DNA from: an uncultured SAR92 cluster bacterium
GTDB taxonomy: Bacteria; Pseudomonadota; Gammaproteobacteria; Pseudomonadales; Porticoccaceae
Length of the DNA stretch: 64,000 bases
Direction: 5' to 3'
NCBI GenBank assembly: GCA_902596775.1
Contig: CACJVE010000006.1
Span: 5,962-69,961 of the forward strand
Made by a program: the position numbers and the translations under genes. The notes beneath the pieces were generated by a model. The model did no database searches, was not told where the DNA came from, and worked only from the letters and a program-made list of their open reading frames with translations. Shown here one piece after another: positions 46,909 to 54,796 of the stretch (position 1 is the stretch's first letter; each line of letters opens with the position of its first letter).

Positions 46909-47760
46909 ATGGTGTCTTTCCTTTCTAATCGTTGGGTGCGTCTTATGCGTTTAGATAGACCTATCGGAATTCTTTTATTGTTATGGCCAACTCTTTGGGC
47001 GTTATTGCTGGCGAGTGAGGGCAGGCCAAGTTTAAACAATCTCGTTATTTTTGTTGTAGGAACCATTGTTATGCGTTCCGCAGGTTGCGTTATTAATGAT
47101 TACTTAGATCGGGATATAGATGGCCATGTTGATAGAACGAAATCCCGGCCATTACCAATGGGCGAGGTTCTTCCAAGGCAAGCTATATTGTTATTTGCGG
47201 TTCTCATTTTCGTAGCCTTTGGTCTCGTTTTATTAATTAACTTGCACACTGTTTTAGTTTCTATTATTGCTCTGCTCATCACGGCAACCTATCCACTGTT
47301 AAAGCGAATAACTAACCTTCCTCAGTTAGGCTTGGGTTTTGCTTGGGCTTTAGTTGTTCCAATGGCTTTTACTGCTGAAAAAACTCCTATAACCTTTGAA
47401 ATTGGCTACCTTTTTTTAGCGATTATTGTTTGGGCACTTATTTTTGATACGTACTATGCGCTGGTGGATATGCAAGACGATTTAAAAATTGGTGTTAAAT
47501 CAACAGCAATATTATTTGGAGAACAAGTTCTTACAATTTTAATTTGCTTTAAATTTTTGATGATAATGCTCCTCATACTGTTAGGCTTCAGTTTTCAGCT
47601 GGGAATAACTTATTACACTGCTTTAACTTTAGTTGCCCTAATCTTTGTTAAGCAGGGAATTAAGGCGAGATATGCAAAGAGGAATGAATTTCTTGCTATT
47701 TTTAAAGAGAATAATTACGTTGGAATGATTTTATTTTTAGGGATTTTATTTGGCTTTTAA
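46909..47760 (+). CDS. ubiA: 4-hydroxybenzoate polyprenyltransferase
   Basis: 283 aa and polytopic. It has the UbiA prenyltransferase motif NDYLDRDIDGHVDRTKSRPLP and a second Asp-rich motif (YALVDMQDD). Confidence 0.95.
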   Translation: MVSFLSNRWVRLMRLDRPIGILLLLWPTLWALLLASEGRPSLNNLVIFVVGTIVMRSAGCVINDYLDRDIDGHVDRTKSRPLPMGEVLPRQAILLFAVLIFVAFGLVLLINLHTVLVSIIALLITATYPLLKRITNLPQLGLGFAWALVVPMAFTAEKTPITFEIGYLFLAIIVWALIFDTYYALVDMQDDLKIGVKSTAILFGEQVLTILICFKFLMIMLLILLGFSFQLGITYYTALTLVALIFVKQGIKARYAKRNEFLAIFKENNYVGMILFLGILFGF

Positions 47761-47770
47761 ATTGGAATAT

Positions 47771-48538
47771 TTAATCTCGACAAAAGACTGGTTTATCTTC
47801 AGTGCTCATAGCCTTATTAAATTTGTATCCAGCTTCTGAAAAGTCTTTAATTTGGTTTGCATCAGTGATGCGGTTCTTGATGACGAATCGAGTCATGAAG
47901 CCTCGAGCCTTTTTAGCAAAAAATGAGATAATTTTATATTTATCATTTTTATAGTCCATAAAAGCTGGCGTAATTACTCGTGCGTTTATCTTACTTTCAC
48001 TTATTGATTTGAAATATTCATTAGAGGCGAGATTTAATAGTATTCCGTTGGATGAATTGAAAATTTTATTCAACTCATCAGTAATAGTCGATCCCCAGAA
48101 TTCATACAAATCTTTACCTCTTTCTGTTCTAAGCTTTGTCCCCATCTCCAACCGGTAGGCCTGCATGAGATCCAGCGGTTTTAAAATTCCATAAAGTCCT
48201 GATAATATCCTTAAATTATCTTGTGCCCAGGCAAGATCCTCCTTAGAAAGTGACGCCGGATCTAACCCTTGATAGACATCACCCTTAAATGCCATGATTG
48301 CCTGTTTCGCATTCTTTTTTGTGAAGGGTAACTGCCATTCTTGGAATCTCCCATAGTTAAGAGCTCCTAATTTATCGCTGAGGCCCATGAGTGAACTCAC
48401 CCCTTGAGGAGATAGTTTCCTTAAATCACCAATTAGACTTGCTGAGTGATTCAGTAACGTTGGCTCAGAAGAACTCAGCTTTTGGTCAATACTTTCATAG
48501 TCCAATTTTTTGGCTGGCGAGATAATCATGGTAAGCAT
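47771..48538 (-). CDS. yaaA: Peroxide stress protein YaaA (UPF0246/DUF328)
   Basis: 255 aa with the N-terminus M..IISPAKKLDY and RILSGLYGILKPLDLMQAYRLEM. Confidence 0.9.
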   Translation of the reverse strand: MLTMIISPAKKLDYESIDQKLSSSEPTLLNHSASLIGDLRKLSPQGVSSLMGLSDKLGALNYGRFQEWQLPFTKKNAKQAIMAFKGDVYQGLDPASLSKEDLAWAQDNLRILSGLYGILKPLDLMQAYRLEMGTKLRTERGKDLYEFWGSTITDELNKIFNSSNGILLNLASNEYFKSISESKINARVITPAFMDYKNDKYKIISFFAKKARGFMTRFVIKNRITDANQIKDFSEAGYKFNKAMSTEDKPVFCRD

Positions 48539-48705
48539 TATCGTGTCCCTTATTAATTTAATTACATTACGTATTAACTGTTATTTTGGTTGAGAACCTA
48601 TGTTACACAATCCTTAGCTCCATTCTCTATTGATCATTAAAATTTTTCAAACTTAATTTAATTTGCTGATTATGCTACGATTATTTTTTTAATTGGATAT
48701 TCATT

Positions 48706-48909
48706 ATGCAACAAAGACCGGCTTGTCAATTTTGCAATCGCATAAGAATCATTGTTTTCGCTATTATAATAATCGGATTTTTAGCGGTAAGACCTGAATT
48801 TGCTTTCTTATGGAAGCTTGACACGACTGAGGTTTTTGCCTGGGCTCTAGCCGTTGCGGTTGGACTATTGGTTCTATGGAAAGCTTATCATGAGTTCTGG
48901 AAAAAATAG
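48706..48909 (+). CDS. Hypothetical small membrane protein (2 TM, N-terminal CxxC)
   Basis: 67-aa ORF, MQQRPACQFCNR..., with two hydrophobic helices. No homolog is recognised. Confidence 0.4.
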   Translation: MQQRPACQFCNRIRIIVFAIIIIGFLAVRPEFAFLWKLDTTEVFAWALAVAVGLLVLWKAYHEFWKK

Positions 48910-49099
48910 TTTCACTGTTTATAAAGCTTCGAGAAATAATTGTTGGGATTGTGAATTTTTTGCAATTACCCATGACAGGTTATTTCCTTATAAATGCTCA
49001 TCAATGAATTTTAAGTCAAAAGCTTTACCTTGTTTTGAAGTGGTCAAAATAGAAGGTGACAAATGTTTGAGCTTTAAAAGTAAAGAAATAAAGCATTAA
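48890..49099 (+). CDS. Hypothetical small Cys-rich protein
   Basis: 69 aa from the internal ATG, MSSGKNSFTVYKASRNNCWDCEFF...KCSS...PCFE...DKCLSF, with 5 Cys including CxxC. It overlaps the preceding ORF by 20 nt. The ORF track gives 48854 as the longest start. Confidence 0.4.
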   Translation: MSSGKNSFTVYKASRNNCWDCEFFAITHDRLFPYKCSSMNFKSKALPCFEVVKIEGDKCLSFKSKEIKH

Positions 49100-49106
49100 A
49101 AGATCC

Positions 49107-49137
49107 GCCTTTTGATGAGTCTTTAGAAAGGCTTTTT
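49107..49137 (+). terminator. Possible Rho-independent terminator
   Basis: GCCTTT...AAAGGC stem (6-7 bp, ~12-nt loop) followed by TTTTT. Confidence 0.35.
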
Positions 49138-49243
49138 AATCATTACCTTTAAGCCCTAGATTTTTAGGCACACCTTGCTAAACTAGGATAGTGTAAATCT
49201 CTTTAGTTGTATTGCTAAATTACTAATCGAACAGGAAATTTTT

Positions 49244-50047
49244 ATGGATTTTGCCTCTATATTAGGAATTCTAATTTTTATTGGTGCGATGGCGGTGGGA
49301 GTTGGTAATAGTGAGGGGTACAACCTCTCCTTACCAACTGTTGACGAAATTAGTATCTTCTTCCAGTTTTCGAGTTTTTTCATTGTTATAATTGGCTCGA
49401 GTGGCGCATGTTTACTCAGATGTCAGTTATCTGAATATTTCCTAATGTTTGTAACGTTTGCAAAGATCTTTAGGCACAAAGTTGATAAACCGACCGATTT
49501 GATCGATCAAATGGTTGAATTAGCAACTATCGCTAGAAAAGACGGGATGATTGCACTGGAGAGTCAAGAAATTAATAATCGTATGCTTGGCAAAGGCGTA
49601 AGGGCGCTTGTTGACGGTAACGACGCAAGATTCATTCGTTCATCACTTCAAAGGGATACATTGATTACCGCTAATCGTCATGAATCTGCGAGGGGCGTTT
49701 TACAATCTCTTGGAGAGATTGCTCCAGCAATGGGAATGATCGGAACTCTTATAGGGTTGGTTAAACTACTGATAAACCTAGAAGAAGATCCAGGTGGCAT
49801 TGGCCCGGCTATGTCAACTGCACTTTTAACAACTCTTTATGGAGCTATTCTGGCTAATGGATTTTGTCTTCCAATGGTCCAAAAGTTAGAAAATTACGCG
49901 AAACGAGAAGAAGCAAACAACGAAATGATTATTGAGGGGGTTGTTTTCATTCAAGGAGGTGGCAACCCAAGACTGTTAGAAGATTTGTTATCGTCTTATT
50001 TATCTCCCAAGGTTAATAAAAAACGACAGGCAGCAGCTAGTAGCTGA
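49244..50047 (+). CDS. motA: Flagellar stator protein A (MotA/PomA family)
   Basis: 267 aa with 4 TM segments and the conserved C-terminal channel segment GPAMSTALLTTLYGAILANGFCLPM. The N-terminus MDFASILGIL resembles PomA. Confidence 0.9.
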   Translation: MDFASILGILIFIGAMAVGVGNSEGYNLSLPTVDEISIFFQFSSFFIVIIGSSGACLLRCQLSEYFLMFVTFAKIFRHKVDKPTDLIDQMVELATIARKDGMIALESQEINNRMLGKGVRALVDGNDARFIRSSLQRDTLITANRHESARGVLQSLGEIAPAMGMIGTLIGLVKLLINLEEDPGGIGPAMSTALLTTLYGAILANGFCLPMVQKLENYAKREEANNEMIIEGVVFIQGGGNPRLLEDLLSSYLSPKVNKKRQAAASS

Positions 50048-50057
50048 ATAGATTCCT

Positions 50058-51122
50058 ATGACTGATGCAGTCGAATCAACAGAATTCGTTATTGAAGACG
50101 AATTATTCACAGAAGCAAAGTGCCCAAAATGCAAAAAAGTGGCACCCCCTTGGATGACAACATTTGCTGATATGGCGACTTTGCTAATGGCTCTATTTTC
50201 TCTTATGTACAACTTCGCTGAAATGGATGAACGAGAGAAGGCACAAGCACTTGGTTCAATCAACGCAACTTTCGGAGCATCTGTCATTATTCCGGTTATT
50301 GATATTCCCGTCGCAGATAGCATTATTTTTACAGAATACGATAATATAAATAAAAATTTACAGCAGTTGAGCCAAGAGGAGTTAGAAGCATTACAGGTAG
50401 AAGAAACTTACTCGTCATTGATGGAAAGTCTTGCGGGGGAAATTCAGCAAGGAGAAGTAGTTGTCCGAAAAGCAAACAATAAAGTTGTTGTGGAATTACA
50501 ATCGTTTAGTTCAAAAGACGACATTAATGATGATTACTATCTTATGCAAAATGTTATAGAAATTACCGAGAAAGTAGTATCAGTGCAGGCGACGACTCCA
50601 ACTGAGATAGAAGTTAGAAAACAGGACTTAGCAGCCTTGCAAGCTATGAGAGACCGACGAGTGAAAGATGCAAAAGCAAAGTTCGAAAAATTAGGTTCGG
50701 ATTTAAAGGATGATATTGAGGAAGGAAAATTAAAGTTAGTATTAAAGGATGATAATTTAATTATCAGATTAGCTGGAGAGGGATCATTTGTTTCGGGAAG
50801 TGATCAAGTTCGTCCTGCTTTCAGAGAATTACTTGGAAAGATTGGCAATGAGATAAAGGCATCAACTGGAAAGGTTAGAATCGAGGGGCACACTGATAAT
50901 GTGAAAATTGCATTTAGTGATCGCTTTAATAGCAATTGGGATTTGTCCTCTGCCCGGTCTTCTTCTGTAGCGAGCGTACTGATACGCGACGCGGGTGTGG
51001 ACTTTGAGAGGTTAATAGTTGCGGGATATGCAGATTCATTGCCGATTGAAGATAATGACTCAGCGTCAGGTAGAGCTGCGAATAGGAGAATAGAAATAAT
51101 CGTTCGAGGAAGTAGCGAGTGA
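50058..51122 (+). CDS. motB: Flagellar stator protein B, copy 1 (PomB/MotB-like, OmpA-type C-terminal domain)
   Basis: 354 aa. It has KCPKCKKVAPPWMTTFADMATLLMALF, which is a CxxC followed by a TM helix with the conserved stator Asp. The C-terminal peptidoglycan-binding motifs are IEGHTDN, RFNSNWDLSSARS, and NRRIEIIV. Confidence 0.85.
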   Translation: MTDAVESTEFVIEDELFTEAKCPKCKKVAPPWMTTFADMATLLMALFSLMYNFAEMDEREKAQALGSINATFGASVIIPVIDIPVADSIIFTEYDNINKNLQQLSQEELEALQVEETYSSLMESLAGEIQQGEVVVRKANNKVVVELQSFSSKDDINDDYYLMQNVIEITEKVVSVQATTPTEIEVRKQDLAALQAMRDRRVKDAKAKFEKLGSDLKDDIEEGKLKLVLKDDNLIIRLAGEGSFVSGSDQVRPAFRELLGKIGNEIKASTGKVRIEGHTDNVKIAFSDRFNSNWDLSSARSSSVASVLIRDAGVDFERLIVAGYADSLPIEDNDSASGRAANRRIEIIVRGSSE

Positions 51123-52102
51123 GTGCGCAGTTAGAAGAACAAGATCTTGAGATAGTTCGGCGCTGCCCTCCTTGTGAAAGAGGTCCAGGGATGTGGATGG
51201 CTACATTTGCAGATATGGCAATTCTTCTGATGGCAATGTTTGTTCTGCTTATAGCGTTAGCCGAAACCGCTAAACAAAGAAACACTATGTTTTCAGTTGC
51301 AGGAGACAATCAGAGTGCCTTCGGCACCCAAGATATTATTGAGTCAGATTTGGCGCCCTCAGGATATCAAGGTGCGGAAGTTAGCGCAGATACGAACGAA
51401 GGTTATGAACAAGTGGTCAAAGCGCTTGCTAAAGAGATAAATGATGGAAAAGTAGAAGTAACAATTAAAGATCAGCGAGTCGTTGTTAATGTTGAAGGTT
51501 CAGATAATCCAAATTCTGATACTGCAAGAGTGCAGCAGGAAGAATTAGAAATTTATACTAAAGTCGCTGAAGTACAAAGAAAAATTAAAGTTGATGTAAA
51601 AGTTTCTCAGGAGTCAGAGGGAACTACTTCAGATAGCGAGGCTTGGGAGCAGATGTTCTCCGCACAATATCGACAAATCAGAGGAGACCTGTCGCAAGCG
51701 ATTGAACAAGAACGAGCAGAGGTAATAAGAGAGGGAGATAAGATAATTGTTAGGCTCGCATCTCAAGGTTCATTTAGAAGCGGTGTCGCTGACTTACAAC
51801 AAGGGTTTACCGGATTACTTGATGACGTAGGTAGTGCAATAAAAAATGTAGAAGGGTTAATTACTATAGAAGGGCATACGGACAATTTGCCCGTAGGCTT
51901 TAGTTTGCGATTTCGATCAAATTGGGATTTATCAGCTGCACGATCTGGAGCTGTTGCTGACTACTTATTGACAAAGTACGCCTTTACAAAGGGACTAATG
52001 GTTTCAGGTCTAGCAGATACAAAACCTTTAATGTCAAATGATACAACTGAAGGGCGAAGTAGAAATAGACGTATTGAAATTGTTATAGATGGGAGTTTCT
52101 GA
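51119..52102 (+). CDS. motB: Flagellar stator protein B, copy 2 (PomB/MotB-like paralog)
   Basis: 327 aa with RCPPCERGPGMWMATFADMAILLMAMF, and C-terminal IEGHTDN, RFRSNWDLSAARS, NRRIEIVI. The GTG start overlaps the stop of copy 1 (GTGA). Confidence 0.85.
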   Translation: MSAQLEEQDLEIVRRCPPCERGPGMWMATFADMAILLMAMFVLLIALAETAKQRNTMFSVAGDNQSAFGTQDIIESDLAPSGYQGAEVSADTNEGYEQVVKALAKEINDGKVEVTIKDQRVVVNVEGSDNPNSDTARVQQEELEIYTKVAEVQRKIKVDVKVSQESEGTTSDSEAWEQMFSAQYRQIRGDLSQAIEQERAEVIREGDKIIVRLASQGSFRSGVADLQQGFTGLLDDVGSAIKNVEGLITIEGHTDNLPVGFSLRFRSNWDLSAARSGAVADYLLTKYAFTKGLMVSGLADTKPLMSNDTTEGRSRNRRIEIVIDGSF

Positions 52103-52103
52103 C

Positions 52104-52130
52104 AAAAAACACCCCAAGTGGGGCGTTTTA
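52104..52130. terminator. Bidirectional Rho-independent terminator between the convergent motB copy 2 and fliS
   Basis: AAAAAACACCCCAAGTGGGGCGTTTTA. This is a CCCC/GGGG-centred 7-bp stem with an A-run upstream and a T-run downstream. Confidence 0.7.
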
Positions 52131-52161
52131 AAAGACCATTTAGGTTTTTAAGGGGGAGAAA

Positions 52162-52578
52162 TTATGAAGCCATTGATACATCTGGATCATCAAGTAATTG
52201 TGGGACTAGGTTCCATGCGTCACTAATTTCTTTCATTAAACCTTTGACTTCCACAATACCTTCAACATCATTTCTTATGTTTGCCTTGAGAAGACGTCTA
52301 ATGCAATAGTCGTAAAGCTCTGAAAGATTTTGGGCAAGCTCTTTACCTTTCTCAAAGTCAAGAGCGCTTTGGAGGCCGATAATTATTTTGTTGGCTTTAC
52401 CAATAGATTCGTTTTTACCTTTGATGTCTTTTCGTTCGAAGTGACCTTCAGCATCAGAAAGGCTTGCAATTAGGCCATCGAATAGCATTTGAATTAATTG
52501 AATGCTGTCTGCGTAGGGAACTGCCGACGACACTTCAACATTTCTATATGCGTTTGCTGCACGTTTGTTCAGAGTCAT
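52162..52578 (-). CDS. fliS: Flagellar export chaperone FliS
   Basis: 138 aa. The sequence AYRNVEVSS..P..LIQMLFDG....L..A......D...K...I.KA..II..L...LD.E.G.ELA.NL..LYDY..RRL..AN...D is the typical FliS four-helix sequence. Confidence 0.9.
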   Translation of the reverse strand: MTLNKRAANAYRNVEVSSAVPYADSIQLIQMLFDGLIASLSDAEGHFERKDIKGKNESIGKANKIIIGLQSALDFEKGKELAQNLSELYDYCIRRLLKANIRNDVEGIVEVKGLMKEISDAWNLVPQLLDDPDVSMAS

Positions 52579-52608
52579 GTCTTTGTCCTGTCTTATTTAA
52601 TATTAATA

Positions 52609-52635
52609 ACATCGGAACAGAGCAGAAAATCTTTA
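52609..52635 (-). promoter_or_regulatory. Candidate sigma-28 (FliA) promoter for fliS
   Basis: The minus strand reads TAAAG-N14-TCCGATGT against the consensus TAAAG-N14-GCCGATAA. The spacing is exact, the CCGAT core is conserved, and the site ends 30 nt before the fliS ATG. Confidence 0.5.
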
Positions 52636-52649
52636 GCAAAATATGAAAT

Positions 52650-53378
52650 TTATTCAGGACAATTTTGATAATTACTTTGAAAACACTCATTAGCTATTTT
52701 CTCAGCTGTCTTTATTTCGAGCTCTGTCATTGTCATGCTGGCAGGAACAGTGATTGCGACAGTATTCTTTTTACCATTTTTCTCAGCCACTAATGCCCAT
52801 ACCATCGCGTTTGGAGGGTTGGATTTTTCCCCCTCTCCGGCTTGAAGCATAAATGAATACATAAACTGAGCATTAGCATAACCCTGTTTCGCAGCTTTTA
52901 AAAACCACAATCTCGCGCGTTCAAAATTCACAGCCACACCTTGCCCCTGGTGATACATTAGACCTAACATGTATTGAGAGGGGGGATATTCATTGTCAGT
53001 AGCCCTGAGAAACCATTCATAGGCGCTAGGATAATCTTGAATTACCCCTCTGCCTTCATAGTAAAAAATCCCTGTGTTGTGCTGTCCTTGCGGATTACCA
53101 GCTCGTCCAGCTTTTTCGTACCAAATTAATGCAGCTTTTTTATCTTCTAGTACACCAAGTCCTCGTTCATATAAGTTTCCGAGATGGGTCTGCGCTTCAG
53201 CGTTCCCCTCATTAGCCAGAGGACTAAATGCTCGAAAAGCAATACTATAATCTCCTCTTTTAAGTGCACTTTTGCCGGCTGCTATCGGATCGCTGAGTAC
53301 CATTGATATTGGACTCAGAAATATTGCGGTTAAAATAAACATAATTAAAATTTTTAAGTGCTTCAATTCAAGTCCCAA
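52650..53378 (-). CDS. Secreted Sel1-like repeat protein (possible MotX-type stator-associated T-ring protein)
   Basis: 242 aa with a signal peptide and about five Sel1 repeats (AQ..LG.LY..G.GV..D...A..W). It has a C-terminal Cys pair (CFQSNYQNC). The MotX assignment is inferred only from repeat type, size, secretion signal and its position next to pomAB-like genes. Confidence 0.6.
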   Translation of the reverse strand: MGLELKHLKILIMFILTAIFLSPISMVLSDPIAAGKSALKRGDYSIAFRAFSPLANEGNAEAQTHLGNLYERGLGVLEDKKAALIWYEKAGRAGNPQGQHNTGIFYYEGRGVIQDYPSAYEWFLRATDNEYPPSQYMLGLMYHQGQGVAVNFERARLWFLKAAKQGYANAQFMYSFMLQAGEGEKSNPPNAMVWALVAEKNGKKNTVAITVPASMTMTELEIKTAEKIANECFQSNYQNCPE

Positions 53379-53559
53379 CTATTTTTGATTATCTTAGACC
53401 GTATTAAAATATGTATGAAAATCTATCCAATTATTTTAAGTTAATAGTCAAAGACAACGCAAATCCTTGGCTGTAGAGATAAATAGTCGAGTGTTGTATA
53501 GTCTTTCCATCAAGTTTCGATTGATAAATTAAAAATTTATTCACACAAGAGCTGCCATA

Positions 53560-54642
53560 TTGTCAGTATTAAATTCAATAATAGGTTCAAGCCAGGAAGT
53601 TTTAGCTCTTCGGAAGTTAATTAGCACTGTTGGCAAAAGTGATTCTACGGTATTGATTTTAGGAGAGAGTGGCACGGGTAAAGACTTAGCTGCACGGGCT
53701 TTGCATGAGTCGTCATCAAGAAAGATGAAACCTTTCATTCCAGTAAATTGTGGTGCGATACCAAAAGATCTTTTAGAGAGCGAGTTATTTGGGCATAAGA
53801 AAGGCTCTTTTACTGGCGCTATTTCAGATCGTAAAGGGAGATTTCAACTCGCCCATCAAGGGACTTTGTTTTTAGATGAGATTGGAGATATGTCTCTGGA
53901 TTTACAGGTGAAATTACTTAGGGTTCTTCAAGAAAGGCAAATTGACCCGGTGGGCTCAACTAGTAGTATTGACGTTGATGTTCGGGTAATCGCTGCAACT
54001 CATAAAAATATTGAATCCTTGATAGACGAGGGAAAATTTAGGCAAGATTTATATTACAGGCTAAATGTTTTACCTATTGAAATTCCAAGTTTATCTGATA
54101 GAAAGTCTGATGTTCCAGAACTAGTGAGCTTCTTTGCGCAGCAACATGCTGAAAAGCATTCTAATCCAATAAGACTCAATAATGAGACTATGAGGATCTT
54201 CTTAAGTTATCAGTGGCCAGGCAATATTCGAGAATTATCAAATTTAATTGCAAGATACTCCGCTTTGATGCCGGGAGCTGAGATTGATTTCAGAGATATC
54301 CCTTTAAGTATGATCCCAGCTTTGATGAGAAAAACTCTCGATAATTCATCTGGTGGTAATTCTTCAAATAATGAGGCGATAATCTCGACAGAACCAAATC
54401 CGCTTGGCGGATTTGACAACTCTTTCTCTGACGTAGAGAGAATTATTAGTTTGGCCCAAGGAGCAAACACATTGCCAGAAGAGGGTTTACATCTAAAAGA
54501 GCATCTTATGGGAATTGAGAAAGATCTTATTCAGCAAGCTCTAATGCGATCTGATAGTAATGTTTCAAAAACCGCACGCTTACTTGGATTACAGCGAACT
54601 ACTTTGATCGAAAAAATTAATAAGCACAATTTACAGTCCTGA
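53560..54642 (+). CDS. Sigma-54-dependent transcriptional activator lacking any N-terminal regulatory domain (AAA+ plus Fis-type HTH only)
   Basis: 360 aa. The AAA+ core starts at residue ~6 (IIGSSQEVLALRKLISTVGKSDSTVLILGESGTGKD). It has the GAFTGA loop as ESELFGHKKGSFTGA and the C-terminal HTH VSKTARLLGLQRTTLIEKI. TTG start. Confidence 0.85.
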   Translation: MSVLNSIIGSSQEVLALRKLISTVGKSDSTVLILGESGTGKDLAARALHESSSRKMKPFIPVNCGAIPKDLLESELFGHKKGSFTGAISDRKGRFQLAHQGTLFLDEIGDMSLDLQVKLLRVLQERQIDPVGSTSSIDVDVRVIAATHKNIESLIDEGKFRQDLYYRLNVLPIEIPSLSDRKSDVPELVSFFAQQHAEKHSNPIRLNNETMRIFLSYQWPGNIRELSNLIARYSALMPGAEIDFRDIPLSMIPALMRKTLDNSSGGNSSNNEAIISTEPNPLGGFDNSFSDVERIISLAQGANTLPEEGLHLKEHLMGIEKDLIQQALMRSDSNVSKTARLLGLQRTTLIEKINKHNLQS

Positions 54643-54649
54643 TTCTATT

Positions 54650-54663
54650 GTCAATATTTTGAC
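54650..54663. promoter_or_regulatory. Palindrome resembling a FleQ box upstream of the sigma-54 promoter
   Basis: GTCAATATTTTGAC, with perfect 5-bp arms GTCAA/TTGAC. It matches 12 of 14 positions of the Pseudomonas FleQ consensus GTCaNTAAAtTGAC as I remember it. It lies about 72 nt upstream of the -24 element. Confidence 0.4.
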
Positions 54664-54734
54664 TTTGTTTTAGTTCGGGTGACAATTTATAGCCAGTTGC
54701 TTTAAAAACCATTGATTTTACAACACTTTTTTAT

Positions 54735-54750
54735 TGGCATGGTACTTGCT
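54735..54750 (+). promoter_or_regulatory. Sigma-54 (-24/-12) promoter of the FleQ-like gene
   Basis: TGGCAT-GGTAC-TTGCT has the exact TGGCAC-N5-TTGCW spacing. It lies 47 nt upstream of the GTG start at 54797. Confidence 0.75.
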
Positions 54751-54796
54751 TTAGTTTAGCTAATTAATAGAAAGCGGCAAAACTAAGGACTAAAAA

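Noticed and set aside
49166-49179. AGGCACACCTTGCT upstream of motA looked like a sigma-54 promoter.
   Set aside because: Only 3 nt separate GGCAC and TTGC instead of 5, so the -24 and -12 elements are out of phase. No convincing sigma-28 motif was found there either.
50926-51309. 127-aa minus-strand ORF spanning the junction of the two motB copies. Similar antisense ORFs are 37581-37925 (dnaN), 58337-58696 (fliG), 62626-63042 (fliK) and 63499-63780 (fliM).
   Set aside because: All are antisense to genes with strong family motifs, and none has motifs of its own.
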